A stretch of 54,191 bases of DNA from an uncultured Eubacteriales bacterium (GTDB taxonomy: Bacteria; Acidobacteriota; Aminicenantia; Aminicenantales; Aminicenantaceae), in the NCBI GenBank assembly GCA_964580235.1, contig CAZOJY010000007.1:1-54191 (forward strand), written 5' to 3'. A model generated the notes under the pieces. That model was not told where the DNA came from and made no database searches. It saw nothing but the letters and a program-made list of their open reading frames with translations. Each line of letters starts with the position of its first letter. The first letter of the stretch is position 1. Both the position numbers and the translations under genes were made by a program. This document shows positions 30,188-38,702 of this stretch, one piece after another.

Positions 30188-31461
30188 GATAAATAGCTGT
30201 TAACGTAATCAATAATCGGGCCTGGTTTAAGCCCATCAAAACATTTCACCCTGGGACAGGCCTTAAATATCTTATCGATGCAGGTGAGATTTTTGCATTC
30301 TGGAAAAACCTCAAAAGCCTTTGACGGAGCCTTCTGTGGTGCTGCGATATGCTCTTCAGAGAAGGAATCATATCCATAGATTTTTGAGCTCGTTGCCCCG
30401 AATATTCCAATCACAGCGGTCGAGTTCTGAAAACTCAAATCAGAATCCAGGATGATTTTTTTTGCCGCTGCAATATGAAGAGGAGCCGTGTCTCCGCTTA
30501 TGAACATATCACAATAATCGATCAAAGCCGCATAAACATCAATAGGCGTTTCTTTCGGAATGACCGTGATTCTTTTTTTTAAAAAGGAAGGAATCTCATG
30601 GAGCAACTCTTTTTCGATCCCTTGGAAAGTGAATCCACAGTTCATAAGGACCTGGATTTCCGGATTTGCCAGGATTCCTTTCAACACTTCCTTCTGAATT
30701 CCTATGGGAATACGTGTATAAGAACAAGATGTATCGGGATTCAAAAAAAGCTTTTTGCATTGGGGTTTTATCTTGAGTTTTTTAATAGTCCTTTGTGTCT
30801 TCAGGAAAAGATCCGAAGTTGTGTAAAAACAGTTAGGGGGAAAATCTTGTTGTCTCTTAGACTCATTTTTCGGATTTGCTTTAAGAGTCTCGATCAACTC
30901 ATTGGCAAATTTGCTCATTTGGATGGATATGTGGGCTCCTCTGCTGCTGGTCGTGTAGCTTCGAATAACATTGGAGATCAGACGGGTCGAATAGATAACG
31001 GGAGAGCGTGTGAACCGAAAATTCTTGGAAGAAAAATAGGGATTGAGATTAAAGATCAGATCAAAATGAAAACCCTTCAACAGATTTTTAAGGCTTGCAA
31101 AATCCTTATCAGACGGATATCCAATACTCCTAAACAACGGAAAATGTTCGTCAATATCCGGATTCGTACAGACCAAAGGGGAAGCTTTTTTGTGGTAGAT
31201 ATAGCTGATTTCAATCTCCGGAAAAGCCTTCTTCAGCGGCGCGATAAAAGACTGACAAATCATCGCATCGCCGATATTGATATCCGGAATTATCAGGATT
31301 TTTTTTAAACGGCCAATCTGCTGCAGTTTCTTTCTGTTCTTTGCTTTTAAAAAAAGATTGAGTTTTTTATTAAAAGACAACCATTTGACGGAGCGGTCCA
31401 GCAAAGGACTCGATATTCTGATGAATTGCCGCATGAGCTGCTCTGTAGATAACATGATCAT
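30184..31461 (-). CDS. Glycosyltransferase family 9 (heptosyltransferase-like)
   Basis: NIGDAM N-terminal loop; FISGDTAPLHIAAA and GIFGAT C-terminal motifs. Confidence 0.8.
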   Translation of the reverse strand: MIMLSTEQLMRQFIRISSPLLDRSVKWLSFNKKLNLFLKAKNRKKLQQIGRLKKILIIPDINIGDAMICQSFIAPLKKAFPEIEISYIYHKKASPLVCTNPDIDEHFPLFRSIGYPSDKDFASLKNLLKGFHFDLIFNLNPYFSSKNFRFTRSPVIYSTRLISNVIRSYTTSSRGAHISIQMSKFANELIETLKANPKNESKRQQDFPPNCFYTTSDLFLKTQRTIKKLKIKPQCKKLFLNPDTSCSYTRIPIGIQKEVLKGILANPEIQVLMNCGFTFQGIEKELLHEIPSFLKKRITVIPKETPIDVYAALIDYCDMFISGDTAPLHIAAAKKIILDSDLSFQNSTAVIGIFGATSSKIYGYDSFSEEHIAAPQKAPSKAFEVFPECKNLTCIDKIFKACPRVKCFDGLKPGPIIDYVNSYLS

Positions 31462-31485
31462 TTTTTATTGTTTATCCCGCCATTT

Positions 31486-31697
31486 AGCCTGGATAATTCA
31501 TAAATTATCCAGGCTGCCCTGAATTATTCATGTAAGAGCATAAAATCAAGGGACACGTTACCGGAAATTTAAGGGACACGTTACCGATTTTGAAAAAATC
31601 GGTACATGTCCCGAATTTCCGGTACATATCCCTGATTTCCATGCATATAACACTAAATCATGCTAATAAAATCATGTTTATGAATAATTCAAGTTAA
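31486..31697. repeat. Cluster of palindromes / MITE-like element, copy 1
   Basis: 13 bp perfect IR 31486-31498/31503-31515; 12 bp IR TGAATTATTCAT 31520-31531/31680-31691; exact 16 bp direct repeat AAGGGACACGTTACCG at 31548 and 31571 mirrored by CGGTACATGTCCC (31600) and CGGTACATATCCC (31620). Confidence 0.8.
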
Positions 31698-31886
31698 CTA
31701 CTTGCATATCATAACCTCTAGATAACTTCAAGAAAAAGAAGATCCAACAGCCGATCAAAATTCTGAAGGGCCGTTGCAGGTTTGTTTCACAAGAGATGGT
31801 CACCAATCAGGCGGCCGCTCATAAAGGGATTGCTGTCAGAATAACGGGCAATGTTTTTTGCATCTGAATTTGTGCGGTGATTATTT

Positions 31887-32552
31887 TTATATACTGAGGA
31901 GTTCTTCTCTCAACAGGGTGCAGTTATTGATCAAGACTCTATTTCCTTTAACCTCGATGAGGCCCTCCTCCTGCATCTGTTTTAAGTTGCGGGATAGGGT
32001 TTCGCTGATCGTCCCCAAAATTTTGGCCAGTTCTCCTTTTTTGATTTTTAATTCTACAAGACAATATTGATCACCCGAACAATAGGAAAGAAGATATCGG
32101 ATTAAACGCTGGCGCACCGTTCGGAGGCCCAGTGATTCGATCTTGTTGCTCAATACCACACACTTTCTGGCCAGAAGATGCACAAAATACACAGCAATGC
32201 GTGGATTTTTAGCTATCTCCTGGTTGATTTTTTTCTTAAGAAAAAAAAGGACGTCGGAATCAGTCAATGCTTGGGCAAAAACAGGGTATGTCTCTGAAGC
32301 AAAAACGATCGCTTCGCCCAAAAAACCTCCCGGGCCAAGGCGAGTCACTTCCGCTTCCCGTCCCTGTTCATCCATTTTGTAGACGCGGATTTCTCCTTTT
32401 TCCACATAATAAAATCCATCCGCTTCATCCTGAGCTGAGAATAATATCTCTCCTTTTTGAAACTTTTTAAGACGGCCCAGTGCGATCAACCCATCTGGAA
32501 TGGCCATCCCTTCATTTTTTTGTGTTTTTCCCTTTTCCATTTTCAGCTTCAT
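31887..32552 (-). CDS. Crp/Fnr family transcriptional regulator (HcpR/DNR-like)
   Basis: cNMP-binding-like domain (GFYYVEKGEIRVYK, GFLGEA); HTH LAKILGTISETLSR with the FNR-type E..SR recognition helix; no N-terminal FNR Cys cluster. Confidence 0.9.
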   Translation of the reverse strand: MKLKMEKGKTQKNEGMAIPDGLIALGRLKKFQKGEILFSAQDEADGFYYVEKGEIRVYKMDEQGREAEVTRLGPGGFLGEAIVFASETYPVFAQALTDSDVLFFLKKKINQEIAKNPRIAVYFVHLLARKCVVLSNKIESLGLRTVRQRLIRYLLSYCSGDQYCLVELKIKKGELAKILGTISETLSRNLKQMQEEGLIEVKGNRVLINNCTLLREELLSI

Positions 32553-32572
32553 GGATCAACGGAGATTATGAC

Positions 32573-33943
32573 TCATTCAACTAAGCTGTACAATTTTTCC
32601 CGCGATATCTCCAACGCCAGGTTAAATTCTCCGGCCAAAACTTGGGCAGCCACCGATGCGGCAAACTCCTTGGCTGTCTGGATGCCCATGATATGAAGCG
32701 CTTCCCTCCCAACCGGGGATATCAGGCCCTCCTGCGAAGACACCACTCCCGCCTCGATATTAGGCAACTCTACCCGGTAAACGATATCTCCCCGGTCTTT
32801 TTCTACAAAGATATTCTGAAAACAGGACACCAAAGGGCTGTAAGGATTGACCTTTGTGGCTTTATATATCGCAGGCAAAATCTCACCTCCCATACCGGAA
32901 TAGAAGGGACAGCCGAGCTTTTGGGATCCGATACGATCGACCTCCACAAAAGAAAGGAACTTTTCAGGATCGACTTTCAAGAATGTTTTAAAATCTGAGG
33001 CAGGCACCCTCACTTGAGCCGATGCTTTCCTGCCTCTCTTGTTTCGCGGGCTGGGCTTCAAATCCCCGTCATGTCCTTGGGCAATCACACTCAATTTATA
33101 AACGACATCCTGTGCCGATATTTTTTTTTCCACCTCTTGCTTGATGAAACCCACAGCACGGCTGATATCTCCATGTCCACGGAAGTTGGAAAATTCTGCC
33201 ACAAAGTCCACATAGAGGATAAATCCCCGCAGCGTCTCCGCATGATCAAAATCCACCGAACGGATTCGGCCGCCAAAATCTGACATCTTATCCTGCATTT
33301 TGACAGTCTCCTCTGGGAGAAATGCCTCGATAATATTCTGAGCCTCTGTGCGCTGTTCCTTTGTTTGGAAAATAAATCCCAAACAACGAACTGCCCGGGC
33401 AAATTCCGCCACTTTGACCTCTGCTCCACCCAATTTATTGATCAGATAACTCCCCCGGGTCACCCCGATCGGGCCCAGCCCTGTTCCGTACACCAGGAGG
33501 TTCGTGAATGTTTTGCGGACGTCGCCTGTGACAGCAATCTGTCCCGCATACGAAAAATAATCTTCTTGGCCGCCGACATAATTTGCGACAAGAGGGGCAA
33601 ACTGATCCAAGGACTTCAGCTCGGACGCACAGAGAGAACATGTGTGATTTTCATCACGAATATCCAGCTCCCAAACAAGATTTTCTTTTGCGCAGAGATA
33701 ACGAGTCTTGTAAGGCTTATCCGGAACATGAATAGAACGGAAGTTCTTCCCTGTTATTTCTTTGATAAAATGCTGACGGCACAGGGCTGCGATCCTGAAA
33801 TTTTCGGGAGGATCAATGCTAAAACTTGTTTCCAGCTCCTCCTCCACCTTCCAGGGAGCGAGAAGGTCTTCCCTCAATCTTTCGACACACGCGTGGATGA
33901 CTCTGCTTTCCGTGTCTTTTTCTCTTGCTGCCATCAAAAACAC
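32573..33943 (-). CDS. Divergent class I HMG-CoA-reductase-fold protein with catalytic motifs replaced and a Cys-rich N-terminus
   Basis: Collinear matches to HMGR motifs: TRGSYLINKLGGA, GDLKPSPRNKRGRKASAQVRVP, IGSQKLG, GDIVYRVELPNIEAGVV, VAAQVLAGEFNL; by-eye alignment only. Confidence 0.7.
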   Translation of the reverse strand: MFLMAAREKDTESRVIHACVERLREDLLAPWKVEEELETSFSIDPPENFRIAALCRQHFIKEITGKNFRSIHVPDKPYKTRYLCAKENLVWELDIRDENHTCSLCASELKSLDQFAPLVANYVGGQEDYFSYAGQIAVTGDVRKTFTNLLVYGTGLGPIGVTRGSYLINKLGGAEVKVAEFARAVRCLGFIFQTKEQRTEAQNIIEAFLPEETVKMQDKMSDFGGRIRSVDFDHAETLRGFILYVDFVAEFSNFRGHGDISRAVGFIKQEVEKKISAQDVVYKLSVIAQGHDGDLKPSPRNKRGRKASAQVRVPASDFKTFLKVDPEKFLSFVEVDRIGSQKLGCPFYSGMGGEILPAIYKATKVNPYSPLVSCFQNIFVEKDRGDIVYRVELPNIEAGVVSSQEGLISPVGREALHIMGIQTAKEFAASVAAQVLAGEFNLALEISREKLYSLVE

Positions 33944-33960
33944 ACTTCAGAGCCTGGATG

Positions 33961-35694
33961 TCAATACCGCCAGCTGGTTAGATCCGCTCCTGCCGGGGCT
34001 GTTTTTAGCATGCGGTCCACAAACTTTGGGATAAACATCTGATGGTAGCGGAGTCTGGAAATGGCATTGGGTTGGGTGTGATCCCCATTCCAGCAATGCT
34101 CGGCCCTATCCCCGTAATCCACTTCTCCGCTGTAATAAGGATTTGTTGTGCTTTCCAAGAATTCTTCAGTCAGATATACCGCATTGTTGAGGTAATAATT
34201 ATCCATGTCCCCGCAATAGATATGGATCTTACCCATAAGCCTGGGACCTAAAGTGGCCCAGTCTCTCTTCAAGATATAGCTGAGGTCGTAATTTTCTCGC
34301 CAGTACTCGGCCACTTCGTGATCGATTTCACCTGTCAGTTTATTCCAGATCGGCTTGGGATAACCATCCTCTCCCACCGGAGAATACACCGCCTGCCAGA
34401 TGTCCCACTGGTCTCCTGACCGGCCCTTTGTCGCGATGGCCAACTCTTTGTGGTTTGTATCTTCTAAGGTGCAGCTGATTTCTCCCAACCAGTTTCGTTT
34501 GCCAGGTCTGGGTGTTTTTTTGAAAAAGCTGTCGAGATAGTAGGCGTTTTTATCCTCATAAATGTTGACCAAACAGTATTGCCGAAAATCGATCGGATCA
34601 GGACAGGCCGCATAACATCCGTTATATTCGTCGGGATAAAAGACCTGGACACCCAGGGCTTCCCAACCTCCGGTGGATCCGCCGTAGAGAGTTCTGGCCC
34701 AGCCCTCCCCTATGCCGCGGAATTTTTCCTCGATGAAAGGGATCAGCTCATAAGTAATCGCATCCCCATAAGGTCCGAGATTAGCGGAATTGACAGCGTA
34801 GGAGTCGTCATAATAGGGGTTGGCGTGCTGAACCTCGATGATGATAACCCTTGGCGTTCCGGGTGCCGTCCACCACTTGTAAAACTTATAAGCAAATTCC
34901 TGTTGAGTCTTGTTGTAGCCCGGCCAATCAAAACGGTCGCTGTATTCGGGTTCGACATCAGGATCAGGGGGTTTCTCGCGGAATCCGCCAAAAGTGTAGG
35001 GAAAGTGGCCATGATTGATGACAAGAGGATAATGCGCATCGGGATGTTCGTCAAATCCTTCGGGTAAAAGGATGCATGCACCCAGAAACATCGGACGTCC
35101 CCAGAATTCTGAGAGGAGTGTGCTCTGGATTTTTACGTGTTTGATGTACTTGGTATCCTTGGGTGGGAGGATCGGCGGGATTTCCTGGTCCAAAACAATC
35201 TGGATGGTTCTATCTTTTTGCGGATCGATGGACATTTTCTCCGGTGTGCTGTAAAAGTTGCCTGGCTTTCTGTTCCAGTGTTGACCTTCGCCTTTATCAG
35301 GCGGGACCTTTATGGTATGGCCATCCGAACGATGGAAGGTTTCATACCGGTTCAAAAATCCCTGCACCCAATAATCGCCAGGAGGAATCTCTGCAATGCT
35401 TTTCAAAGGATAACCAAAAGCGCTCCCTTCGATGACAGCAGTTTCCCCAGGTTTAAGTCCGTCCACGTCGACGCCGAATACGAGCTGCGTGTCTGGACCA
35501 TCACTGATCTGGAATCGAGGCTCTCGGCTGTCGTCCTTAGAAACCAACAACAACACACGACCATCTAACGGCTCTGCGCTCCGCTCCTCTGGAAAAGAAA
35601 ACCCGAAGGACAATTGGCTCTTTTGTGTGCTTCGATTCTGCTGACAGGCAAAAATCAAAAGAAATACACTCAACAGAATAAATAATTTTTTCAT
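33961..35694 (-). CDS. Esterase-like alpha/beta-hydrolase lipoprotein with an N-terminal extra domain
   Basis: Lipobox IFAC; GGSTGG elbow, GDMD acid, EHCW His; start at ATG 35694 with GGAGG SD. Confidence 0.75.
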   Translation of the reverse strand: MKKLFILLSVFLLIFACQQNRSTQKSQLSFGFSFPEERSAEPLDGRVLLLVSKDDSREPRFQISDGPDTQLVFGVDVDGLKPGETAVIEGSAFGYPLKSIAEIPPGDYWVQGFLNRYETFHRSDGHTIKVPPDKGEGQHWNRKPGNFYSTPEKMSIDPQKDRTIQIVLDQEIPPILPPKDTKYIKHVKIQSTLLSEFWGRPMFLGACILLPEGFDEHPDAHYPLVINHGHFPYTFGGFREKPPDPDVEPEYSDRFDWPGYNKTQQEFAYKFYKWWTAPGTPRVIIIEVQHANPYYDDSYAVNSANLGPYGDAITYELIPFIEEKFRGIGEGWARTLYGGSTGGWEALGVQVFYPDEYNGCYAACPDPIDFRQYCLVNIYEDKNAYYLDSFFKKTPRPGKRNWLGEISCTLEDTNHKELAIATKGRSGDQWDIWQAVYSPVGEDGYPKPIWNKLTGEIDHEVAEYWRENYDLSYILKRDWATLGPRLMGKIHIYCGDMDNYYLNNAVYLTEEFLESTTNPYYSGEVDYGDRAEHCWNGDHTQPNAISRLRYHQMFIPKFVDRMLKTAPAGADLTSWRY

Positions 35695-35860
35695 GCTTTT
35701 TCCCTCCAATGAACCTGAATTGTTGCCTTAAAAATGTCGATGCCAATCCACTGCCTTCCTGTTATCAAGGAAGAATATGAACGTACTTGCATCACAACTT
35801 CCAGCAATATCTGAATATTATCCTGAAATTGCTGCAAATGACAACAAAAACATTTTTGCG

Positions 35861-35928
35861 CTGAATTATTCATAAGCATGATTTTTTTTACCGGGATTTT
35901 AAGCTCGTACATGAATTATCCAGGTTAA
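35861..35928. repeat. MITE-like element, copy 2 (about 68 bp), inverted relative to copy 1
   Basis: 35862-35885 matches the reverse complement of 31668-31691 at 23/24; 35911-35924 is the exact reverse complement of 31488-31501. Confidence 0.8.
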
Positions 35929-36045
35929 GCCACTGCTATAAAGAAAGGGGTAAGGCGGATCGGCTGGGAATTCCTCCGTTGTCAAATAACAGGCCCCCAT
36001 TTCTTCTTGATTTAGAGAGGGAATCCCCTTATATTTATCAGGGTC

Positions 36046-37089
36046 ATGAATCCCCTCAAAACCATCCATGCCATTGCTCCGATTCGGATCAACGACATCG
36101 GCGGCTGGACAGACACGTGGTTTGCACAGCATGGAAAAGTCCTCAACATGGCTGTTTTTCCGTTGGTGGAAGTTCGAATCAAAGTGCTAAAAAACAGGGG
36201 GAAATTCGACCAGCGAGTCCTGGTCCGATTAGAAAACTATGGAGAAGCTCTGTGGATAAATCCTGAAAAGCCAGCCTATGACCAACATCCCCTAATCCAA
36301 GGAGCCGTTAATGCTTTGACCATCCCTAAAGATGTGATGCTTCAGATTTCCCTTTTCTCCCATGTCCCCGCCGGAAGTTCTACCGGCACATCCGCCTCGG
36401 TTTGTGTGGCATTGTTGGGTGCGCTGAATTATATCTCTCATCATAATCATCCCATCCATGAGATTGCCTATTTAGCCCACCGTGTAGAAACAGAGAAACT
36501 CGGGCTGCAAAGCGGGATCCAAGACCAGATGGCCGCAGCCCATGGGGGTATCTGTTTTATCGACATGCACAAATATCCAGAAGCTATTGTCACAAAATTG
36601 GATCTCGAGGAACATCTCCTTGAGGAACTGGGCCGGCGAATATCTTTGGTCTATCTAGGACAGTCCCACAGTTCATCTGCCATGCATAAAGAAGTCATCA
36701 CATTTCTTGAAAAAAAAGGGGCTCAATTCACCATAATTCAGGCGCTGCGAAATTTGGCTGACCGGGCAAAAAATCATTTGCTTGGGGGAGATCTTGAAGC
36801 CTTTGGCGAGGTGATGATCCAAAACAATGAGTGCCAGAGATCTTTGCATGCAGGACTCATATCAGAGGAGGCGGATTCCATCATCCGTATTGCCAAAAAA
36901 TACAAGGCAGCCGGCTGGAAGGTGAATGGGGCAGGTGGAAAAGGAGGATCTTTGACAATACTGGGCAATCAGGAAGAAAAATGGCGCGAGGGGATGCTCG
37001 GAGAGATAAATTCTCTGGGAAAGGGAATCCGGTCAATCCCGATCTCCCTTGCAAGATTTGGGGTAACGGTTCAGGAAGAATATCCGTAG
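36046..37089 (+). CDS. GHMP-family sugar kinase (HddA/fucokinase-like)
   Basis: APIRINDIGGWTD, PAGSSTGTSAS, GIQDQMAAAHGG, WKVNGAGGKGG. Confidence 0.85.
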   Translation: MNPLKTIHAIAPIRINDIGGWTDTWFAQHGKVLNMAVFPLVEVRIKVLKNRGKFDQRVLVRLENYGEALWINPEKPAYDQHPLIQGAVNALTIPKDVMLQISLFSHVPAGSSTGTSASVCVALLGALNYISHHNHPIHEIAYLAHRVETEKLGLQSGIQDQMAAAHGGICFIDMHKYPEAIVTKLDLEEHLLEELGRRISLVYLGQSHSSSAMHKEVITFLEKKGAQFTIIQALRNLADRAKNHLLGGDLEAFGEVMIQNNECQRSLHAGLISEEADSIIRIAKKYKAAGWKVNGAGGKGGSLTILGNQEEKWREGMLGEINSLGKGIRSIPISLARFGVTVQEEYP

Positions 37090-37105
37090 GATATCCATAA
37101 AGGGG

Positions 37106-38692
37106 ATGATAAAAAAACTCTCTTTGTCACATGTTCTCCTGATTTCGCTTTTTATGCTTTCTTTTCCCTGCACAGAAAAACAGGTCAAACCGGTCAACAA
37201 AAACATCCTTAAAATCGGAACCACCAGAGAAGGATTGAAATCGGCCAGTCTCCTCGGCGACACATTTCTATCCCTGTTCGCGCAGATTTCTAATCCTCCG
37301 CTGATGGTAATGAATCCACAGGGAAAAATCGAAGGATTAGTCATTGATAAAGTTATGGTTTCTGAAGACAATAAGGTCTGGAAATTTGCCTGCGATCCCA
37401 ACTTATACTGGAGCGATGGGATTAAAGTAACAGCCGAGGATGTTAAGTTTTCTATTGAGCTTATTTCTAAGGTTGTTCCGCATGCCCGGTGGATCCAGGA
37501 CATCATCAGCAAGGCCTCTGTCTTCGAAGATAACGTTCTTATACTTGAACTCTTTAAGCCTTATTCAAGGCTGGATTTTGAGTTTACCTCTTATAATCTC
37601 ATTCCAAAACATATTTGGGAGAAAATTGACGATCCTTTAAGATATGTCAGCACTTATGACATTGTGGGGTGTGGTCCTTTTGTTATCAAAAAAATCGATC
37701 TGAACATGGGAATGATTTCCTTTCGAAAAAACCCTTACTGGGAACATCAGCAACCAGAGCTCGACGGCTTCGAGCTCCACCTATACAATAGCATCGATGT
37801 GCTGGCATTTGCTCTTGAGAAGGGCGAAGTGGACACGTATTACAGGTACGCTTCATCCTATCCATATTCCAACATCGAGAGATTAAAAAAAACGGGTAAA
37901 TTTGATTTCATAGAACATCCTTACCTTGGGATGAAATTCCTTGGATTTAACCTCAGGAAAAAGCCCATGTCAGATATCCGCTTTAGAGAAGCTGTCTCTT
38001 ATGTGATCGATTACGGCGAGATCATCAAACTTGATATCCTGGGTTATGGGGAAATTCCTCACCGGGGTTTTATCCCAAGAAGCATGCCGGCTTTTGAACA
38101 AACGGCAGAATTAGAATTTGATCTTGATAGGGCAAAATATTTGTTGACCGAAGCAGGATATATCGATAGGAATGGAGATGGCTTCCGGGAAACTATAAAT
38201 AGAGAACCAATGAGGCTTTCTATTTTAATCAGCAAAGATTATGTGCGGTTGGCCGAATTGGTGCAGGATTACCTGAGTGAGGCCGGTCTAGATACTCAAA
38301 TAAAAACCGTGGATTACAACACATGGATTAGCATGAAAGATACATACAACTATGATTTAGTCATATCCAGAACCTCTCCCTGGGGAATGTTCATGCATGC
38401 CAACTGGGCAACTGGCTACTTTGATGCAAGACGGACAGGCGAAGGTGTTCTCCACAACGTAGACGATCCTCAATTTCTCAGGATATGTGACGACATCCTT
38501 TCCACGAAAGACGAAAAGAGATTGAAAAAATATGCCAATGGCATCCAGGATTATTATGCCCAGCATCTACCTGCTATCGCTTTATATTGGAGCCGCATTG
38601 TAACTCCTTACCAAAAGAAATTTTCCGGATGGACCCCAAATCCACTCTATGGCATTTACAACATCCAAAACTTTCTACACCTCCGGAATTAA
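37106..38692 (+). CDS. ABC transporter substrate-binding protein, family 5 (peptide/nickel/oligosaccharide)
   Basis: WSDG..VTAEDVKFS, GCGPF, ALEKGEVD, FREAVSY.ID, AKYLLTEAGY motifs; export signal. Confidence 0.9.
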   Translation: MIKKLSLSHVLLISLFMLSFPCTEKQVKPVNKNILKIGTTREGLKSASLLGDTFLSLFAQISNPPLMVMNPQGKIEGLVIDKVMVSEDNKVWKFACDPNLYWSDGIKVTAEDVKFSIELISKVVPHARWIQDIISKASVFEDNVLILELFKPYSRLDFEFTSYNLIPKHIWEKIDDPLRYVSTYDIVGCGPFVIKKIDLNMGMISFRKNPYWEHQQPELDGFELHLYNSIDVLAFALEKGEVDTYYRYASSYPYSNIERLKKTGKFDFIEHPYLGMKFLGFNLRKKPMSDIRFREAVSYVIDYGEIIKLDILGYGEIPHRGFIPRSMPAFEQTAELEFDLDRAKYLLTEAGYIDRNGDGFRETINREPMRLSILISKDYVRLAELVQDYLSEAGLDTQIKTVDYNTWISMKDTYNYDLVISRTSPWGMFMHANWATGYFDARRTGEGVLHNVDDPQFLRICDDILSTKDEKRLKKYANGIQDYYAQHLPAIALYWSRIVTPYQKKFSGWTPNPLYGIYNIQNFLHLRN

Positions 38693-38702
38693 TAGGGAAA
38701 TT

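Noticed and set aside
31486-35928. Repeats read as a CRISPR array or integron attC sites (GTTAAGC at 35924 fits GTTRRRY)
   Set aside because: No regularly spaced repeat-spacer series, no cas or intI gene, and the repeats do not follow cassette stop codons in a consistent orientation
32573-37089. HMGR-like gene plus nearby GHMP kinase read as a mevalonate pathway cluster
   Set aside because: The HMGR catalytic residues are absent, the kinase has a sugar-kinase GGWTD start rather than the mevalonate-kinase GK..L.GEH motif, and there is no HMG-CoA synthase, decarboxylase or IDI
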